64,000 bases of DNA, from positions 17,422,001-17,486,000 of the forward strand of contig OZ024761.1 of the NCBI GenBank assembly GCA_964016885.1. Reading direction: 5' to 3'. The notes beneath the pieces are model-generated. The model was not told the origin of the DNA. It did no database searches and saw only the letters and a list, made by a program, of their open reading frames with translations. The number at the start of each line of letters is the position of its first letter. Position 1 is the first letter of the stretch. Source of the stretch: Eledone cirrhosa (Eukaryota). A program made the position numbers and the translations under genes. This document shows positions 12,203-26,181 of this stretch, piece after piece.

Positions 12203-13776
12203 AGCTGATGAACCCAGCGTATTTATAATAAATAATATTGTATTTTGGCAATAAAAATAAATAAATAAAGTTGAATTAAATAATGAAAGAAAAGGTGAGG
12301 GAGGAGGGAGAGGCAATCTACATCCATTGGCTAGGCAGTATATATTAAAGCTGCTCCTTACAAACAAAACAACAAACAGTCCGTGACACCTGCTGCGACA
12401 AACACCTTGGTGGTGCCTCTCTGAATGGCAACCGGTAAAACGAATAGGAAACGGTGTGTGAAATCCTGGTACGTATTTGTAAACAACCCTATTATTCGTT
12501 GTTGCTGTTATTAGCCAGCGTCTTTCAATTGTAACCTTCCGGACTTTTTTTTTTAAAAGTCTTCTAACCGTACCATCTATTAGCAATCTGTGATGCTTGT
12601 TCAATAATCCAGTACATTATTGTACCTTCTGGGCAACGCCTTTAAGTACCATTATTTGTCAGTATCAGTAAATCGTCGGACATCATGCTTCGCCACATAG
12701 TTACATCCTGAGTTCAAATCACAGACGTTATAGCTTTGCTTTTCATCTTTTACGAGGTCGATAAAATAAAGTACCAGTAACATCGGACGCCATGCTTTCC
12801 AGCATAGTTACGTCCCTTTGCGGTCTGAGTTCAAATCCCGCCGAGGTTGACTTTGCCTTTCATCCTTACGGGGTCGATAAAATAAAGTACCAGTAATGTA
12901 CTGGGTATTTGCTGACCTTGTGCCAAAAGTAGAAACAATTATTATATTAATAATTCTATCGTTCGTTCTTTCATAACTTTTATTCGTCTTTCCATTTCTA
13001 TATATTCTTTCTCTCCCTCTGTTATCTCTTTCGTCTGTTTATACCTTTCACTTTTATTCTTCATAAACTCTCTTCCATATCAACGTCTATTCCTTTTACT
13101 ATCTGTATATATCTTTCTTCACCCTCAGTTTCTCCCTCTTACTATGTCTTTTTCCTATTCCCAGCCCTCACAAAATTATTTCCTTTTCTCTCTCAACCCT
13201 CATTCTCACCCCCCCCCCCTCAACCCTCATATTCTCTAATATTAACAATAGACTCACACTGGTCAGAGCCTCTGTGCAGTCAATTGACTTACTAAATACA
13301 ACAACCTAATCTCCCTCTAATCATGCCATCAAAGCCTCCATGCAGTCGCTCCACCTGGTAGAAATAGCAGTCACATCATCTGTGTTATTTATTTATATAT
13401 ATATATATATGAAGTGTTTCTGTAGGAAAGATAAAGGAAAAGAGAGTGCTCTATGTAGGCTACAGAGCTTTTTAGTTATGTCAGACGTCTGTCTTCGTGA
13501 AACCTTTGGTAAATGAAATAATTATCTTATGTTGTTTATTACATAACTGATACATATATATATATATATATCATCTTCGTTTAACGTCCATCTTCCACGC
13601 TAGCATGGGTTAGACGGGAGTTGTCCCACTTGAGGCAAGGTAGATCGGGTGACCGTGTCTCGTTCATATAGGACTATCTGGCAGGTTTTCTACGGTTGGA
13701 TGCCCTTCCTAACACTGGGAACTTTTTACCGTGTTACCTACATGGCCACATTACAGCGTGGACTGTGTTTTTTTTG

Positions 13777-13821
<45 letters not shown>

Positions 13822-14480
13822 TTTAAATATATATATATATATATTTGTTTTTTAAATATATATATATATATATATATATTTGTTTTTTTGGCTGCTTAAT
13901 CAAGATTGTAAGGGCCCTGCTTACAGCTCTTTTCAGTGTCTCTGAAATTGGTGGGGAAAAGAGACAGTACTGCCACTAAAGACACCCCAAAACCTGATAG
14001 TGAGTGTATTAAACCAGGTAAATAAAAAAAAAAAAGAACAAGAAAAAGAAAAATGCTGCAAATATTTTATACGTTTAATTTATATATGGTTGGTGTTAGG
14101 AAGGGCATCCAGCTGTAAAATACCCAGCCAAATTTACAGTCCTTGCCGGTGCAAGGTGCAACACATGGCCACTCCTGGCATGGATGACCTGTCTAACCCA
14201 TGCAAGCATGGAAAAATGGACATTAGACAGTGATGATGATGATGATGATGATAAAGAGAGAGAGAGAGAGTTAGTTCCACAACAAATTAGCAAGCCATGT
14301 TGGAGGATACGTGTTTCACCAGACGGATTTTCAACCCGTGTATGGCTGTGGTGAGAATGGAAGTAACTCTATACCGAACTCGTCCTTTGGACTGAGTGCT
14401 CTACCAACTACAGATATAACCTCCTGGTTTTTTACCACTATATATATATATATATATAGTGGTAAATAGGTCCTCAGTAA

Positions 14481-14599
14481 TATTATTCTGATGAAATGAC
14501 AGTAAATAATAACATTGAAATATTGAATGTCTGCATAACTAAAAGTTTGTAGATAGCTGTTTTAGGTTATGTAACTGTTATAGAAACACGTGTCAATAA
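14481..14599 (+). ncRNA. Hammerhead motif with a long branched stem II
   Basis: TTATT-CTGATGA(14488)-aATGACAGT...ACTGTTATa-GAAA(14583)-CACGTG-TC-AATAA; GUC triplet. Confidence 0.6.
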
Positions 14600-14829
14600 A
14601 TTCCTTTCAACTAAACTGTATCCATTCAAATCTTTCTATTTCTATATATATATATATAGATGTGTTTATGTGTTATATCATACATATGTCATCATCATTG
14701 TTGTTTTTAACATCCACTTTCCCTGCTAGCAAGGGTTGGACGGGTCTAGATAGAGCATGTCAGTAATGAAGTGGAGCCACTGATCTCTCAAGCAGGCCAG
14801 GGACCTGTGTCTCGCTTATGTAAGGTCTC

Positions 14830-15305
14830 ATGTATTATATCATATAGATGGGTGCGTGTGGTATACGATATCATACAGATGTTTGTGTGTGAATGTTATA
14901 TCATACAGATGTATGTGTGTGTGTGTTTTATCATACAAATATGTGTGTGTTATCATACAGATGTGTGTGTGCATTACACCATACAGATATGTGTGTGTGT
15001 TATATCATACAGATGTGTGTATGTATTGTATCATACAGGTGTGTGTGTTATACCATATAGATGTGTGTATGTGTGTTATAACATACAGGTGTGTGTGTTA
15101 TACCATACAGATATGTTATATCATACAGGTGTGTGTGTGTTATATCATACAGATGTGTGTATGTGTGTTATATCATACAGATGTGTGTGTGTGTGTTATA
15201 TCATACAGATGTGTGTATGTGTGTTATACCATACAGATGTGTGTATGTGTGTTATACCATACAGGTGTGTATGTGTGATATATCATACAGATGAGTGCTA
15301 TATCA
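14830..15305. repeat. Degenerate minisatellite downstream of POLE2
   Basis: (TG)n-TTATATCATACAGA units. Confidence 0.85.
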
Positions 15306-15518
15306 TGCATGTAGTTGTGTGTATGTGTTGTTCCCAACACTCAACTTCCTCCATGGTTTTTCATGTAGCTGTGTATTCTGATTCCAACACCAACTTCTTC
15401 CCAGCCTTTCCTGAAGTGTGTGTGATGTTCCCAACACCCAACTTCTCTGATTCTGACACCAAGTTCTTCCTGTAATTCCTGTGTGTCTATCTGTAGACAT
15501 AGCAGTAAATTCTTCCAT

Positions 15519-15599
15519 TCATTCTATCTTGCTATTCTCAATCTGTTTCGTGCTAGGAATGTAGACTTTGAAGGAGAAGTTTGAACGTGAAAAGGAACC
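15519..15599 (-). CDS. POLE2: POLE2 exon 15, terminal ([26 protein letters not shown])
   Basis: CAG acceptor, TGA at 15521-15519; matches GSF.RS.FSFKV..PS...E.SK. Confidence 0.93.
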   Translation of the reverse strand, partial: GSFSRSNFSFKVYIPSTKQIENSKIE

Positions 15600-18500
15600 C
15601 TGAAAATAATGAATTTTAAAAAAAGATTTTTTAATCATTAACATTTAAAAAAAGATTTTTTAATCATTAACATTTAAAAAAAATTTTTTTATATCATTAA
15701 CATTTAAAACAAAAATTTTTTATATCATTAACATTTAAAAAAAAAAAATTTTTTAAATCATTAATATTTTAAAAAAAACATTTTTAAATCATTAACCCTT
15801 TCGATATCAAACTGCCAAAAACCCCACTCCTGGTTTTGTGATACAAAAAGTTATTTCAAAGTGTTTATATTTATCTAAAAAAAAAACCTCCATCCTTTGT
15901 TAAGTTACGTTACTAACACTAGTGTAACCCTTTAACATTTACATTACTCTATATATACTAATGTATTTTTGTGGTAAAGGCTTTATCTTACATAATTATC
16001 TCACATAAAACTGAATCTACGAGAGTAAGGATAAAAGGCAAAGCTAACCTTGGCAGGATTTGAATTCAGAATGTAACTGTGTGCTGCAAAGCATATTGTC
16101 TGCCGCTCTACCAATTTGGCCAATCCACTGCCATAATGTAATAACAATTGTTTCTATTTTAGGCACAAGGCCAGCAATTATCCAGTACATTACTGGTACT
16201 TTATTTTATCAACCCCGTAAGGATGAAAGGCAAAGTTGGTTTCTGATTTAAGCACAAGGCCAACAGTTTGAGGGAGGAGAAAGTAGATTAAATTGACCCC
16301 AGTGTGTTACTGGTACTTTATTTTATCAACGCTGTAAGGATAAAAAGCAAAGCTAACCTTGGTAGGATTTGAACTCAAAACGTAAGGGAACATAACAATA
16401 TGCTGCAAAACATAGTGTCCGACGCTCCACCGATTCTGCCAATCCACCGCTCTTGTGATGGTAAAGATAAAAAAAAAAAGATATGTCTTTGTTGAAGTTA
16501 CTTACAGGGTTTGTGATGATGCAGTCGAGAGAATTCACTGTGAAGCTGTCATATTTACCGGCACAGACAAGTAAATCTGGTAAGGGGTAGAGTTGCAAGC
16601 CACAGTCGTAAGCCCAATATACAGGACACACATGCAGTGGAAGTGGACAGAGATGACCTTGGGATATTACTGTCTTCGCAAACTGGAAAAGAAAGAAAAA
16701 AAATATATATATACATATATAAATCAGGATGCATTCAGTTTGAAACTGGTTAGACCAGTAGTAGAGTATGGTTATATTATAAAGAGTCGGAACCCGATGG
16801 CTGAGCTCTTGCTCTTCCAACAGCTAGTTCCAGACTGCACAGCACCCCTCCACTCTTTTCGTCATTTGCTCTGTGAATCTCAGTGATTTCAGATCAGTGT
16901 TCACCACCTCTGCCCAGGGCTTCCTTCCACTGTCTTTAAATTATATGGTAAATAAGAAGGTTGACGGGCCCCTGTTTTTAGACAGCTGTGAAATCCTTAC
17001 AAGATGTCAAGAGTTAAAAGAAAGACTTACATGAGAAGGGACATCCCCAGAGGTTGGGAACCGGATACAACTCCGGCACAGCTTGGTGACAATGTCTTCA
17101 CGGAAGACAACAATCTCCTGGGTACAGTACTGGATCCGGCAAGGATTGCTGGTGAATATGGAGTGAGGTATCTTCTTACGGAAATATTCTGTGATACAGT
17201 TAGGAATGGCAGGCCTGCAGAATAAGAAATATCCAAGAAATAATTTTTTTATATTAACAAAAAATAGCAGTGCCCCAGCATGGCCTCAACTTGTTGGCTA
17301 GAACATGTAATATAGTAAAACAAAACGAATGTATAAATAATATGATAAACAAGTATATAATATGGTATATTTCTATTGCTATCTTACTAAACCCCCCAAA
17401 TTCTTAATTATTTTCAAAATCATTTGAAAAAAAATTGTTGTATAGCACCAGGTTAGCTTTAATCATTGTTATGACTAGGGCCAGACTTTCACCACTGAGA
17501 CCTAAGCTATATGAAATTTGAGGCCCTACTCTAAAAATATTTAAAATAACTATACATGATTATTATTTTTTATATTAATGTTAATGATAATGAATGCAAC
17601 TTGCCCACACTGTAAAGTGGTCCTGTAGGTGTCACGACAAAAAGCACCCAGCACACACTGTAAGTGTGGTTGGTGTTAGGAAGGGCATCCAGCTGTAGAA
17701 ACCAAGAAAAAAACCAATCCTGTATGAGTAAGTCATGGTCATCGGACTTGGCTTATCTCACAATGGGGCAACTCGTCTAACCCAAGCTAGTGTGGAAAAA
17801 GAACGTTAAACAATAATGATATATATATATGTGTATATATGTATTTAAAGAATAAAAACTAATGATAAAATAAGAAAATATATTCTAAAAAATGAGGCCC
17901 CTCCTGAGGGTGTGTGACCCAAGGTTATAGCTAAGCCCAGCCAGCACTGGTTACAACTCACATCCATGTAGGATTAGCTGGCCTTCTACAAGCTTTCTTG
18001 ATAGGCCCTGCAAAATGAGGTGTCTTACTCAAGAACACAGCATGTAGACCTGTTCAAGAATCAAACCCATACCCTTGATATCATCAGTTCAACACCCTAA
18101 CAGTTAAGCTACTCAACATAAGATTAAATGTAAGGTTTGGTTATAAAATGATGAAAGTGCAGTGTGTGATACTTACCGTGGGAGAATGTTTGCAGGCCCA
18201 GGATCCAAGGGACCAGGGACAAATATGAACCTGCAACTGTCTATAAGGTTCTGATATTTACAGATAATATCACACAGCTCATTAAATGACTCTGAAACAA
18301 CAAAACAAAACATTATTAGGTTAGCTTTACGGTCTGAGTTCAAATCCTGCCAAGGTTAACTTTGCCTTTCATCCTTACGGGGTCGATAAAATAAAGTACC
18401 AGTAATACACTGGGATAATTGCTGCCCTTTGTGCCTAAAGTAGAAACAATTATTAGGTTAGCTGTACCTTTCATCCTTATGTATTGGCCTTTGCCTTTCC

Positions 18501-18631
18501 CAATATCATATATAGTGTATATATGTCACTGGTGCCAAGCAGTATCAGCCTTTATCATGCCTTGGATAGCATTATATTTAGTGAATAAATCAATTGTGAC
18601 AATACCTGTGCCCTTGACATCGGATATAATG

Positions 18632-18663
<32 letters not shown>

Positions 18664-19190
18664 TAAAAAATAATGAATAAAACAATGAAACAGTTCCTTA
18701 TATTAAACAAAAAAAGTTCATTATTTAACGATCGTTTCTAGGATATATATGTGTTAGAATTGGCATGCATATTCAACAGATCTATGTACAAAATTATACA
18801 AAATTATACAAACTATCAAAATTAAATATACATACCAAACACATATATATGCCGTCTTCAGAAATATATATGTGTTTGGTATGTATATTTAATTTTGATA
18901 GTTTGTATAATTTTGTATAATTTTGTACATAGATCTGTTGAATATGCATGCCAATTCTAACACATATATATCCTAGAAACGATCGTTAAATAATGAACTT
19001 TTTTTGTTTAATATAAGGAACTGTTTCATTGTTTTATTCATTATTTTTTAATATTTTATCTTGACTCTGTATTCCGTTTATCTTTCACCGAAAGTGATTT
19101 TTCATTGCATCTCTTCTTTCCATGATATCCGGACTACATTGAGTTCTTCATACGGATTGGACACTACCGTAAACTCTTGGTAGATTTATC

Positions 19191-19229
<39 letters not shown>

Positions 19230-21710
19230 AACCATGTTCATGAGTGATGAAAGTCGGGAGGCTGAATTAAGTGCAAGAATTGCAGGAACTGGTGCAGTGT
19301 TTCGTCAGCTTCAGCATTTCGTAATAAGAAGGGAAGTAGATGTAAAAGCCAAACTCGCTATCTTTAATCCGCTATTGATGCCAACCCTTAACTCTGGTCA
19401 TGAGTCTTGAGTAATGACCGGAAGAATATCAAAATGGGGTTCCTCCGAAGAGTCTTTACTTTAGAGTAACATTACTTGATAATGTGTGTAGCTTAGAGAT
19501 CAGAGAGCCATTCCATGTAGAGCTGCTACTTCTCCGAATTGAGATATCACAGCTCCAATGCTATGGGCATGTACTTAGAATGTCTCGCTTGGGGAGGGAT
19601 CCAGCTGGTTCAGTTGGAAACGGTTGCTTCTGATAGGGCCCGCTGAAAGGAGTGTTTGAAGACTCGGCCCCAAAGACCCTCTCAGGAATAAGTGGGTGTA
19701 AAAGAAGGCTAATGCTAAGCTGTATCTGTCTAGAAATTTTCACTGAGATGACAGCCCCCTTACCTCGAAGTATTTTGATGTGGTTAGTCTGGTGACAGAG
19801 AGACGTGAAGTTACCACAGAAGATAAAAGCTACAGGCGGGTGTTCAGAGTAGCCACTGAATAAAATTTTCAACTTGTCTATCACCTGCAAAAATAAAATA
19901 ATAGATAAAGTGGTATAGTTAATACGAAGTATTGTGAGATATGTAATAAATGACTAAGTTTTTCAGAAAGCCAGTACAATGTGGTACAAATATATAATAT
20001 TGAATCAATGAAATTTTGATATTATTTATTTTGAGAACAATACCTTAACATAAATATGAGCAGCTGATTTGGCTGGTTTGAACAGAAAGAAGTGAGGGAA
20101 TTCTGGCTGGATATGGCCAGTTTAAATGCTAAAGGACTTAATACAAACCGAATAAACAAATAATTATAAAAAAAAAAAACCCCAACAGCTTTATATGGAA
20201 ACCTTTAGATTAACGGTTACCGAAATAATTAGTCGTAGCACTAAGACAAAAAACCAGTAATTTTGGGTGGAAGGTAAAGACGACTTCATCATACCCATTA
20301 CTTGACTGGTACTTAATTTTTGTTGACCTTGGTGGGATTTGAACTGAGAGAGTAAAGAGCCAGAACAAATACACTGTTAAGGCATTTGTCTGATGCTATA
20401 CCGTCTCTGCCATTAGCTCAAAGGTGTCAGATAGTGGCTAGGGATCAGCTCAGAGATGATAGTGTCCAGAAGAAAGGAGGAGAGGTGATGGTTGAGAGGG
20501 GGATGGGTGAGAAAGAGAGAGGGGTGAAAAAATGAGACAAGGTGGGGTGAGAGACACATAGAGAGACTGAGAGGCAGAAAGAGAAAGAAAGAAGAGGGAG
20601 GGAGTTAAACTTACTTTCGGCTCATCTAACCAAACATCGGAAAGAAGGACAAACATGGACTCCTGGTTCTCAACTTCAAGGTGCCGCAGTTTGTCAGAGG
20701 CCTTAGCACAGGTTTTGAGAGGGCCTCCAAAGAAATTGATGTTGCCAAAATAGGACCTGCAAGACAAAGAAGTCAGAATATGAAGAAATGAATGATGAGA
20801 GGGTGGTGGGGGTTGTTGTTGTGTGTGTGGTGGGGTGTTGAATACATTGCAATACTCCCAGGTTATAATAGTTGTTTAACCCTGGTCAACTCTATGGTCA
20901 AAGACACTCCAGATATCACAGCTTAACCCTGGGTCAACCCTATGGTCAGAGACACTCCAGACATGACAGCTTAACCCTGGGTCAACCCTATGGTCAAAGA
21001 CACTCCAGATATCACAGCTTAACCCTGGGTCAACCCTATGGTCAGACACTCCAGACATGACAGCTTAACCCTGGGTCAACCCTATGGTCAAAGACACTCC
21101 AGACATGACAGCTTAACCTTGGGTCAAATCTAAGGTCAGAGACATTAGGGTTGACCCAGGGTTAAGCTGTCATTTCTGGAGTGTCTTTCGGGTTGATAAC
21201 GGTCTTATTTACATATATACAGGTAGTTAATGACCACAGGTGGGACTGGACAACAGCAGCTATACATATATGGATATAGTTGACCAGAGGCAGACGTGTA
21301 ACAGAGAGCAGCTATATATACATATACAATAGTTGACCACAGGTGGGAGTGTAAGACAGCAGCTATATATATACAGGTAATAGTTGAATACAGGTAATTG
21401 TTGACTAATGATAGAGGTGTAACAGAATGAAGCTATATATATATATATATATACAGGTAGTTAATGATCAGACACAGGTGAAAATGTAGTGTAATCTAGT
21501 GAAGAGGAATGAGATTTACCTGGTGACAGAGGCCGGTTCAGGAGGAGGGAAACCAAATGCTGTCACATGGAAGATGCTGTCCTCATACCAACCCTCGGCC
21601 AGGACAAAACAGTTCTCAGTGAAGAGTCCAGTGTGGAAACTGTAGCACAGCTGGGTCAAGGAATCATATACAGATAGTGGATCGGATTCATAGTTGATTG
21701 TAAAAACTAT

Positions 21711-21741
<31 letters not shown>

Positions 21742-24613
21742 TGTAAAGTGGTCATGTAGGAAACACGGTAAAAAGGCTCCCAGTCCACACTGTAAAAGTG
21801 GTTGGTGTTAGGAAGGGCATCCAGCCAGAGACACTTCCGTACGAGCGAGACATGGTCTCCCAACCAATCCTGCATCAAATGGAACAATACCGTCTAACCC
21901 ATGCTAGCGTGGAAGATGGACGTTAAACGATGATGATGATGTGTGGGTATAAGATAGTTTTTATATCACATACATATATCATCATCATCATCGTTTAACG
22001 TCTATCTTCCACTATATATATATAATAATTGTTTCTACTTTAGGCACAAGGCCAGCAATTACCCAGTGCATTACTGGTACTTTATTTTATCGACCCCGTA
22101 AGGATGAAAGGCAAAGTCAACCTCGGCGGGATTTGAACTCAGATCATAAAGGTACGTAACTATGCTGGAAAGCATGGCGTCCGGCCCTCTACCGATACTG
22201 CCAATCCACCACCCATATATATATAATAATAATAATGATAATAATTGTTTCTGGTGGACTGATTGCTTTTTTTGCCAGTACAACTATTTTACAGCATGGA
22301 GTGGGTGCTTTTTGTCATGGCACCATCAAAGTCTGATCCCATTTTTTGAAATATTAGCTAATCTGTTACTCCATATATATTAACTCTTAACACCTTGAAA
22401 ATAATTTTGTAGAAAATTTCTAAAAACGGGGTCTGTTAATTCAAATGTTTATAGTATCTTTACTAGTAGGCAGATTGTTGTGATAATTTGCAGTATTATA
22501 GTAAAGACTGATATTTAATATGATGTTGTCATAGATCTGTTTTGTACTTTTTAAGAATGTCTTGTTAATGCAGTTTCATATGGTTTATTAATTCAAATGT
22601 TTATAGTATCTATACTGGTGGACAGATCATTGTGAAAATTCAAAGTATTAGAATAGTAAAGATTTTAATTTTCAATGTGATGCAGTGAAATTGCTGTTTT
22701 ATAGTTCCCAAGAATGTTTTGCTAATGTAGTTTCACATGGATAGGGTATTAAAAGTTAATTCATTCAAATACTTTGTTTCTGAATTTGTTTAGCAAGATT
22801 CTTTATCTGAAATCGTGTGTTGAAACCGATATTGTTATACTTTGGGAGGGTCATGTTGCCACTAAGAAACACACGCACCAGTTGCTTTCCCTTCAATTTA
22901 TTATATATTTATAAATTTATAAATTTACAAATTTATAAATTTCTGTTTGGTTGGTTGGTTCCACAACCAGATAGTTGTTTATAATGACCCTCTCATTCAA
23001 ATACATTGTATTTTAGTAGAAGTATGGTTACAGAAGGGTTTAAACAACAGAGATCAAACAACAAAAGGATATTGCTCCAGTGAGATCAATTAGAACAGAA
23101 CCACTTGGATCTTCAAGGTACCACTTTCCCTGAAATATTAAAAAGAAACTTTGTGTTGACTAAATTCTTTCATTAGAAATATGGTAATGAAAGGGTAAAT
23201 GAAAAAGTTATATTACTAAATTCTTTCATTAGAATTCTGGTAACGAAAGGGTTAATGAGAAAATTAGTTCTATAACTAAATTTTTGGTTAGAAATATGGT
23301 AATGAAAGGGTTAGTGAGAAAGGAAGAAAGATAGTTATAATACTAAAATCTTTTGTTAGAAATATGATAACAAAAGGGTTAATGAGAAAGTTAGTTCTAT
23401 AACTAAATTTTTTGGTTAGAAATATGGTAATGAAAGGGTTAATGAGAAAGATAGTTATAATATTAAAATCTTTTGTTAGAAATATGATAACAAAAGAGTT
23501 AATAAATCACAATAACCAATCACTTTCTAAATTTTCTAACTTTAGCTACAGATGTAGTAAATAAAATATATTATATACCTCTTTCAACTGTGTTAACATT
23601 CCAAGGACAATAAGTTCTCCCAGTTTAGTTGTTGTACCCAACAGGTGTTCTATAGGTTTCAGCTGGACAGGAAAGATAATTAAATAATTAATTAGTTAGT
23701 TTATTCACAATTCATTTTTCACAGCTAATATTAGAAAGTAGAGTGGTTTAGAGACGGTATGGCAGAGATATGAAGACAGTTGTGACTGGACAACTACTGG
23801 ACAGAGAAAGGAGACAGCTGCTACTGGACAGAGAGATGGAGATGGCTGTGACTAAACAGAGAGGCAGACATACTGACTAATGGACAGAGAGACAAAGATG
23901 GCGATCGGAGAGAGACAGAGATGGCAGTGAGAGAGACAGAGATGGCGAATGGAGAGAGACAGAGATGGCGATGAGAGAGACAGAGATGGCGAATGGAGAG
24001 AGACAGAGATGGTGAATGGAGAGAGACAGAGATGGCGATGAGAGAGACAGAGATGGCGAATGGAGAGAGACAGAGATGGCGATGAGAGAGACAGAGATGG
24101 CGATGAGAGAGACAGAGATGGTGAATGGAGAGAGACAGAGATGGCGAATGGAGAGAGACAGAGATGGCGAATGGAGAGAGACAGAGATGGCGAATGGAGA
24201 GAGACAGAGATGGCGATGAGAGAGAGACAGACAACACAGAGACAGAGACAGAGATGGCAGTGATGAGAGAGAGAGACAGAGATGGCAGTGATGAGAGAGA
24301 GAGACAGAGATGGCAGTGATGAGAGAGAGAGACAGAGATGGCAGTGATCAGAGAAATACAGAGATGGCAGTGATGGCAATGATCAGAGAAAGACAGAGAT
24401 TAGTGCCGGACAGAGAGATGACAAGATAAAATAGAGACAATAACCATACCTGAAATTTTTGGGAATTTTCCTCCATGTTTCCAATAGCTGGCGGGGTAAA
24501 TAAATGATGGCGCATGGTTCTCTGAGGAATATAGGGAAAATAATGATGTAATTATATATATATAGTGTGGTGGTGGTGATAGTGGTGTAAATATATGGTG
24601 ATGGTGGTAGTAA

Positions 24614-24644
<31 letters not shown>

Positions 24645-26150
24645 AACGTTAGAATATGTGTAATAAGGCCAAGACAATGCAGATATGGACATAGAAAAAA
24701 GAATGCAATAGTGAAAGATATTGATGAGAATTCGTCTTTCACCTTGAATTTATTTAAATGTCCTTAATTTTCGAGATAATATCTCTTCTTCGGAGGGAAG
24801 TAAAAGTCTCAGACGCTGGTCTGAGACTTTTACTTCCCTCCGAAGAAGAGATATTATCTCGAAAATTAAGGACATTTAAATAAATTCAAGGTGAAAGACG
24901 ACTTCTCATCAATATCTTTCACTATTGCATTCTTTTTTCTATGTCCATATCTGCATTGTCTTGGCCTTATTACACATATTCTAACGTTTATACCTCATTA
25001 CACAATGCTTCAAGTGAACTATAACCTCCTCCCATATATATATATATATATATACACACACATATACAATGGACTTCGTGAGTTTCAAGTGTCTGCAACT
25101 TATACAAAAGCCAATATACACACACACAGTGGAGGTGTGTGGCCTAGTGGTTAGTGTGTGGGACTTACAACTATAATGCTGTGGGTTCAATTCTTGGATT
25201 GGGTTGTGTATTGTATTCATGAGCAAAACACTCCATTTCACATTACACCAGAACACTCAGCTGAAAATTAGTACCAGTAATAGCTCAGGGTTTAACCCTG
25301 TGATGAACTGGTGTCTTGCCCATGGAAAAGTCTTGTACTCTGTCCTAGGATAGCACTGTCCTGATGAGCCTCGGGCTCAAGACAGACTTTAGACTTTAGA
25401 TACACACACACATACATGCCTCAGTTCGAAACAGGTAAATGGTGAAATCTAAAATGAAGGACTTACCTGATATAGTAACATATAGCGATCCTTAAACAAC
25501 TTCCAGAGATCATTTGGTTGACCATGAAGTAGAGGGGCAGACAGGTCAAGCTCATTGTTTCTGTTCACAAAATATAAATCATATAAATATATGATGGTGG
25601 TAGTAAATCATCATCATCATCATCATCATCATCGTTTAACGTCTATCTTCCATGCTAGCATGGGTTAGACGGGAGTTGTCCCACATGAGGCAAGATTGGT
25701 CGGGTGACCGTGTCTCGCTCGTATAGGACTGTTGTATCTGGCAGGTTTTCTACGGCTGGATGCCCTTCCTAACACCAACCACGTTTACAGTGTGGACTGG
25801 GAGGTTTTTACCGTGTTACCTACACGACCACATTACAGCGTGGACTGTGTGTTCTTTTTGTCGTGACACCTACATGACCTCATTAGATTGAACTGGATGT
25901 TGTGGTACCAACATAACTTTATAGAGAAAGGGGTGGTGTTGGCGGGAGTGGAAGGATGGAGTAGGGGTAGTGAGTTGGGTTGGAAGGGCCTACTGACTGT
26001 AGGTTTTGCTTTGTAGATAGGGAAGGCAGGTTTTCTGTATTACTGCATGGTGCCAGAGATCTCGATCCAATGACATTGTCTTAGAGAGGTGCAAGTGTGC
26101 AAGGTCTACACAAATACACATTATACACATACATACATACATATGAAAAT

Positions 26151-26181
<31 letters not shown>

